DNA of 59,037 bases, filler included, from Squatina squatina (Eukaryota): assembly GCA_031763465.1 (NCBI GenBank). It is 3 parts of 3 records of this genome, joined end to end, with 100 filler letters (N's around TTAATTAATTAA, not from the genome) between each part and the next. Parts side by side here need not be neighbours in the genome. Positions count along the whole stretch, not along the records: positions 28,206 to 59,037 come from JARFOE010000073.1; 2 more parts are not named here. One strand, given 5' to 3'. A program made the position numbers and the translations under genes. Below, piece after piece: positions 52,309-59,037 of this stretch. The notes beneath the pieces were generated by a model that did not search any database, had not been told where the DNA came from, and saw nothing but the letters and a program-made list of their open reading frames with translations. Each line of letters starts with the position of its first letter. The stretch's first letter is position 1.

Positions 52309-55300
52309 NNNNNNNNNNCTTTTCACAAACATTTATTACTATAATACCTCTTTCCCACCTTCGATTTTCTTCTCCTGCAGGGCTACACGTCTCGAGGCAC
52401 TGCCAGCCCTCTAGTGCCTTTCCTAAGTAACTATTCTTCATGTGTAAGCCCGGATGCTCAGTGTTGCAGTCTAGTTGACTCTGAGGGCTAGCGCAAACAT
52501 GCTGATCCTGGAACTCAACGCTCTGATGCACACCAACTTTCAACAAAAGTGGTTGGATAATTATCCAGAGAAGGTACCATGATCACTTGCTTTCCTTCCC
52601 CAATCCAGATTTGATAAGGGCGGTGTTGCATGCCAAAATCTACTCAGCAAGATGTGGAATCAAACCCACGCCTTGATGGTTTGTATGAGCTCAGTACCAC
52701 ATTAGGAAGTACATTGGGGAAGTCATACCACTTCTCTTCTCATGTTCCATACATCAGCCCGTAACCACCCCCTGCACCCCTCCAAATGCTAAATGAATGC
52801 TGCTAACCCTTCTCAATGCTTTCAAAAATATGGATATTTCAACTTTTCCCAAACAGACTCCGGGGTGTCCTATTCACAATGATCATTTTTTTTTGTGCGA
52901 CAGGGAAATTCCATACTTGTTGTGAAACAATCAATTGCTTGATTAAAAATATGTGTAATTCTTACTTCTTGGCAAGAAGGGCCCTTAGTGACTCTCTGTG
53001 CCATAGTTTGGAAGCTGAATTGGAATCTGTTCAAGGATGTTGAAGATGAAAGGGTGCAGACAATCGCAGCAAGAGACACCTGCTTTCCTTCAATAGGGTT
53101 ATTTCTGTAAAGCCCACGAAGTAACGTGTGAAGAGTTGTGCTCAATGTGACATTGTTTGAAAGGCACTTTATTTCACCATCCCGTATGTTCATTAAACAG
53201 GTCACATTCTTGCTACCTCGCACAGTAAAGATTTCAGTGCGTCTATTACAATTGGCCTTGTGAAAGCACAAGTCAGTTTGTTGTGGTTTGGCCTTTGAAA
53301 ATCTAGGGTGGGGGTAATATAAAAGCAGTATTAGGTTCACCACACTGAAAGTACTAATGTTGGGTAAAGAGCTGCATTGTACACTTTAGTTCACGCCCAC
53401 TCCGAGGCACAGTAAACGAGCGTGTGACTCATTCTGCAAATCAAAACTCTCAGCACTGACAGGTTTGGTATTGAACAGGTCGTTCATAAGCATGTGGTGC
53501 TGGATGTAACGTTACTGCAGGATTAAAGGATGCAGTTGCTAATTATGTTGGTAGCATTTCCTCCCACATTAAATCTGGTTGTTCTAAAGCTTACCAAACC
53601 TTACAACAATCCATTATCTGCTCGGTCTGTAGATTGAGTATTCGAGTAAGGTATTGGCCAAAATGGGCTGTTATTTCTGGCCTTTTTTTGGTCGNNNNNN
53701 NNNNNNNNNNNNNNNNNNNNNNNNNNNNNNNNNNNNNNNNNNNNNNNNNNNNNNNNNNNNNNNNNNNNNNNNNNNNNNNNNNNNNNNNNNNNNNCCACCC
53801 ACCCTTCCCTTGATCCCTTCCCCTCCCTCCCAGGGCATACCTGAGGGCTGCTGCCAGTGATTCAGTGGTCCAAAATTAAAATGCTCTTCAACTACAAGTT
53901 ACCTGGGGAGGCCCTGCAAGCGTCTATAGCTCGTCTGTCTCATGTACACGAGGCCCGGGGCCTGGTAACAAGTGAGCCTCAGACCTACCAGTTCCGTCAT
54001 AAGGATCATTCCCTGTGCCCAGCTTGTGTCGGCAGGTGGCCCAACTTCTAGGCTCTTGTATCCTCACTTTGTTCCATAAGCTTAGTATTAGATACATGTG
54101 AGGCTTTTAGTACTTTGGCTATTGTTAATAAACATGTTAGTGCAGGTTACGCTTGAAACGTTCAGAAATGCCAGCTATCCTGAATAACTGGAATGGTACA
54201 AAAGTCGCACTTAGTCTTTACATAGTTGCATATTCAGCTTCTGACAACTTTCTGACTGTTGCTAGATTGTTAAATTAGTACAAAGCATAAACAAGGAATG
54301 ATACATCGCCCAGAAATAACCTGGCACTGTACATAAACACGACAAAAGCAATAAAGTATTTTTACTTCTGTTGTGAAGATGATGTGTAACTAAGCGGAAC
54401 CACAAGCAGCTGCCCAGGGATCTCCTTGTCATGGAGACATAAAGCAAAAGACCTGACAAGGAGCAATGTTATTGTCACTGTGTGAGGAGACCTCAGACGG
54501 TCACCTGTCCCTTTTGGTAAAATGAGGTCAAGTGCAAACTACACAGCACACAGTTGTTGTGACAAGATCTTCCATTTGGCACAAACTGCGTCGCTGCATT
54601 GAATGCGTTGGCGGGCGAATGAGAGCCAGTTCACCATACACTTTCTGATAAAGACCGAACCTTTTAAAAAAAATGCCAAACCAATCTATTGTACCAACAA
54701 TAGAATTGAGTTTCCAGATTGTCTCATTTTGATCATATGAATGTGAATTCCAGTTGAACGTGACCCAACTTTTCCTACCCTCCTCCTTCAACATATAAAT
54801 TTGCAGAAGATACAATTTGCGAGCACATAACAGAGCTGACCTAGTTTAATTCAGATTGATTGTTGCTGAAGATGCCTCTTCCTCTGCTGTCATGGTGACA
54901 TGCACGGGCAGGTTTTTTACTGACCAAACTCGCAGTCAAATTGGATTAATGCTGCAGTGAAAGTTGATTATCCATGAGGTTGAGACTGTGCTGCATTTTG
55001 ACAATGTTTACAGTTGTGCTTTCTGTAACCAGGGTGCTATACACACACTCTCAGATTTTCCATGTCCAAGCCTAATTACGACTTCAGTCGCGATATGAGC
55101 TCTGGTTATCACATTTCGCACCACACACCCTCTTCAGAAGAAAGGTGGATGAGCAGTCACCAGGATCTGATATTATTCTTAACATGTCCTTTGGCATGCA
55201 GTCTTGACAGCTTCTGCTTTTAGNNNNNNNNNNCAGCTTCTTAAAGAAAAGAATACGCCAAGGATTCAATAGTTTTTAAGCATCTTTGTATCTTCCGGCA

Positions 55301-55485
55301 AGTGCCCCCAGGCGGCCAGTGTCTGATCTGCTCAGAGACACGAGTGCTTGAATTGTACTAATTTCTGTTTATCAAAACAGGGTTTTCACAATACTTCTAT
55401 ATGGGCAAGTAGTCAGTGATCCTCTCTTTGAAAACAAGTTGATGGTTACTGAAGCGTAAAAATGAAATATATCATCAATAATCCC

Positions 55486-55674
55486 ATTCAATTAGATCAT
55501 GGCTGATCTTAACTCCACCGACCCGCCTGCTTTCCGTAACCCTTAATACCCTTACCTAACAGAAATCTATCAATTCCAGCTTTGAAATTTTCCATTGACC
55601 CAGCCTCAACAGGTTTTTGGAGGAGAGGAGTTCCAGATTTCCATTTCCCTTTGTGTGAGGAAGTGCTTCCTGTC
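55486..55674 (-). mobile_element. CR1 LINE 3' fragment
   Basis: ccattcaattagatcatggctgatc...gagttccagatttcc...gaagtgcttcc. Confidence 0.82.
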
Positions 55675-56444
55675 ANNNNNNNNNNNNNNNNNNNNNNNNN
55701 NNNNNNNNNNNNNNNNNNNNNNNNNNNNNNNNNNNNNNNNNNNNNNNNNNNNNNNNNNNNNNNNNNNNNNNNNNNTGGAGGGGGAATAAATCTCGGTGCA
55801 AGGTTTCACCGTGCTCTTAGTTTATGTGGGAAGCAGATTGAGGAGACAAGCCCTGTCTCTAGGTGGTGCAAAAGAGCCTCCTTTTGCCAATCGGATGCAG
55901 AAAGAGTTTCACTGGTGAGCCGGCCAGCAGTGAAAGACAAGGTTTGCTCCACGATGTTTCTGCATGTACGAAGCAGGCACGAGGCGCAGGCTGTGGCGTA
56001 GAACAGCCGTCGCACATTGATGCAGATAAGTGCAGTAATGCCGGGACGGGACGGTGCTGGCGGTGAATGGAGATGGAGGAGCCCTACCGAGTTAAATTTT
56101 AAGCTGATGATATTTGCAAACGTTAGTGGAAGGATTACACAGCTCATTAGTATGACATACGCAGTGCTCAGTGCGACAGCTACAAGAAATATCCTTTGAC
56201 ATAAAAAAGCCAAATACAAATACCGCCCTTATTCATGTTCCATATGTTAGTTTAAGTCTCTCTTTACATTCACCACCCAACCCCAGTCGGGTGAGGAGTA
56301 TTTGCATTTCCTGGAGTCCACAATGCAGAGGCGATGCTGAAACGTATCATTTGTAAACAATGAAGAGTTTCCAGATCTCTGGAAGTCGCTGTCGATCTAA
56401 CAACAACTTAAGAGTTTATATAGTGCCATTAACGTAGTAAAACG

Positions 56445-56562
56445 GGGATGGGGCGGGAAAATAGAGTTAAGGTCGAAGATCAGCTATGTTCTTAAGGAAT
56501 GGTGGAGCAGGCTTGAGTAGCCGTATGGCCTACTCCTGCTCCTCATTTTTATGTTCTTATGT
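56445..56562 (+). mobile_element. CR1 3' UTR and tail
   Basis: gaatggtggagcaggcttgag...ggcctactcctgctcc...ttatgttcttatg. Confidence 0.8.
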
Positions 56563-57205
56563 CCCCAGGTGCTTAAAGCCTATAAATGAATGTAAATCAA
56601 AATTCTTACTAGCATACGATTCATGCACAATTTCAGTCTCAATCTCTTCCAGTTACAGTTACCTGTACCTGAATGCATTTAACATGTTAGATTATATTCT
56701 TCAAATGTTCCTAGTTTGGGCAGAATAATGAAAACACAGCGTTCACAGGGACTGTTTTATCAGCTTTATGGGAATCATTATTTTGATAAGTTTCTTTCAG
56801 CTTTAAGGCCTGCTATATGGTTCGGCAGCTAATTGAGCAAATCCAGCAGACAAATTACTGCATGTCTTCTGGTCTTGATTGCAATTTGCTTGATGGTGAC
56901 ATTTTCACTCAAATAAAGTGAGTCAGCGATCCTTTTTTTTGATAGACGTTTGAAAACCAAGAAAAATTAAACCTACGCACGCTTCATTTCCATAAACTAT
57001 ATAACTCCTTCTTAATCCCACAGGCAACACAAGTACACACTTGGTCAAAGAATATTGCAACTGAACTTCTGCGCTTAAACAACATTTTTTGCAAAAACAC
57101 AGAAGNNNNNNNNNNNNNNNNNNNNNNNNNNNNNNNNNNNNNNNNNNNNNNNNNNNNNNNNNNNNNNNNNNNNNNNNNNNNNNNNNNNNNNNNNNNNNNN
57201 NNNNN

Positions 57206-57575
57206 GTCACCATTGACCAGAAACTTAACTGGACCAGCCACATAAATACTGTGGCAACAAGAGCAGGTCAGAGGCTGGGTATCCTGCATGTGTGTCTCAC
57301 CTCCTGACTCCCCAAACACTTTCCGCCATCTACAAGGTACAAGTCAGGAGTGTGATGGAATATTCTCCACTTGCTTGGATGAGTGCAGCTGCAACACCAC
57401 TCAAGACAATCTAAGACAAAGCAGCCCGCTTGATCGGCACCCCATCCACCACCTTAAACATTCACTCCCTCCACCACCGGCGCACCGTGGCTGCAGTGTG
57501 TACAATCTACAAGATGTACTGCAGCAATTCGCCACGGCTTCATCGGCAGCACCTCCCAAACCAGTGACCTCTACT
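57206..57575 (+). mobile_element. LINE reverse transcriptase C-terminal fragment (CR1/Jockey group)
   Basis: VTIDQKLNWTSHINTVATRAGQRLGIL and, after a frameshift, IYKVQVRSVMEYSPLAW. Confidence 0.85.
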
Positions 57576-58759
57576 GAGGTACAATATCTGGAGGATACGT
57601 TATAGAGACCTTGCTATATGATTCATATTTTACAAGTAAACCAGCCTGTTGTATTGTTATAGACAGTGGTACAAACAGTATCATTATTGCTACCAAGCTT
57701 TGTCATCACGTCTTCCATGTAGATCATACATTAGGCAAGTAATTAAAATAGTAACAACTGGCTCCATTTATTGATGCATGAATTGTGGACATGTTCCAAT
57801 GACATTAAAGAAAACTGCTTCTTCCTACAGTGGCGCCCATTCCCAATGACCATCCTTTCTCTATTAAATACTTAATGGAGCGACATCATCACATTTCTTA
57901 TTATCTGGCCAGTTCCCGCATCTTAAGATCTGCATTTTAAAACAGAAACATATTTATTCTATCAGCAACAAAAACTTCCATTGATATAATGCTTTTAATG
58001 TAAAAAACAAATGTACCAGAAGGCATATGGGAAATAGACACCGAGCTGGGGAAGGAAAGCTCAATCAGAAAGGTCAACCCCAAGCATGGTCACTTGAGGC
58101 ATTTGTCAATAATATTTTTGTGCCTCGTGGACAAAGAATTATTCAATTATAATCAGAAATTAGAGCCCTCATATGGTTCCCAAGATGACCTTTTGTTCAA
58201 CGTTGTCCAGGCCATTCCCAACGTCTCAGGTTTTAATTCATTCTTGTTTTGTAAATGTACTAGAGACAAAAGTGGGGCACGCTTTGCAGCACAAACACAA
58301 GTTCTACGGCATAATAAACATTTTAACTCCATGTCGTGTTTGCAAAGTGGGATTTAGTGATTCACCACTGAGACAGATGTAGTGTCATTAAAATGAAACA
58401 CATTTGTTAGTTTGGAAAGAGCTGGACTGTGCCATAGCGAAGGTGTGATGCCATCAAACCTCAGTCCATTAAAAAAACTAAATTCATGGCCAGAATTAAC
58501 GGAAGGAAAACCAGGCTGGGTATGCTAACTTCCATGACTGCTATGTGCCCCTGTTGTGCAAAGATCTGTGCCGGGGGGGCCCGTTGTAAAGTTTACTTCC
58601 ACAGTATTTCTTTTTACAACAATTGGAATTCTGATTATGTTGATTATGGCCTTGAAATTATCTTTTTATATGTGGTCATTTTTCCTTGTAAAATTCCCTN
58701 NNNNNNNNNGCAAGGTAGCACAAACTAAAATGGCAGTGTAAGTTTACGCACACTGGAGA

Positions 58760-59037
58760 CTTGTGCTTAAATCATTCAGTGTTAAAATCAGGCAAAAAAT
58801 GTCTGTTTTTTACGTCTCTACAACAATTTTCGTGCACAGAGTGCTTTTCACATTAACATCCCAAGGCATTTCACAGAGGCGTAAGAAAAAAATGGGCAAA
58901 GAAAGAGACCAGAGATTCCGATCGGAGGCTTCCTGCGGGCGGAAGCCTCCGACTGGGAAGATTTCTACCCAGTAGGTTCGCAGCCTTGCGTTCCTGGGCC
59001 TCTGTGCGAACACCAGCGTTGAGGCCCAGGTATCCTA
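58760..59037. mobile_element. GC-rich MITE-like element with internal hairpins, cut by the window end
   Basis: Perfect stems tcggaggcttcc / ggaagcctccga (12 bp) and cctgggcctc / gaggcccagg (10 bp). Confidence 0.45.

Noticed and set aside
52870-53343. 157-aa minus-strand ORF as an SDK2 exon
   Set aside because: It shows no Ig or FN3 signature and no similarity to Sidekick that I can see.

Overview
This is vertebrate nuclear DNA. The repeat content (CR1 and L2 LINE tails, DeuSINE-like SINEs, Harbinger elements, Penelope-like ends) points to a cartilaginous fish, and the assembly is gappy. Two artificial spacers (44 N + TTAATTAATTAA + 44 N, at 14952-15051 and 28106-28205) split the window into three blocks that may not be true neighbours. 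Block 1 holds seven + strand exons of a MAGI2-like gene (WW1, WW2 and two PDZ domains). That copy looks damaged: the end of the WW1 exon and its splice donor are absent, a conserved PDZ GD reads GG, and two expected exons are not visible. It also contains a clean candidate 126-nt in-frame cassette exon that I do not recognise from mammalian MAGI2. Block 2 is mostly transposon debris (Harbinger Myb-like and transposase remnants, a pogo-like end, LINEs). Block 3 holds one - strand SDK2 FN3 exon whose donor reads GG instead of GT, plus repeats, possible conserved non-coding elements and a hairpin-dense segment. I found no convincing new multi-gene system. All comparisons to known proteins and repeat families are from memory, not from searches.
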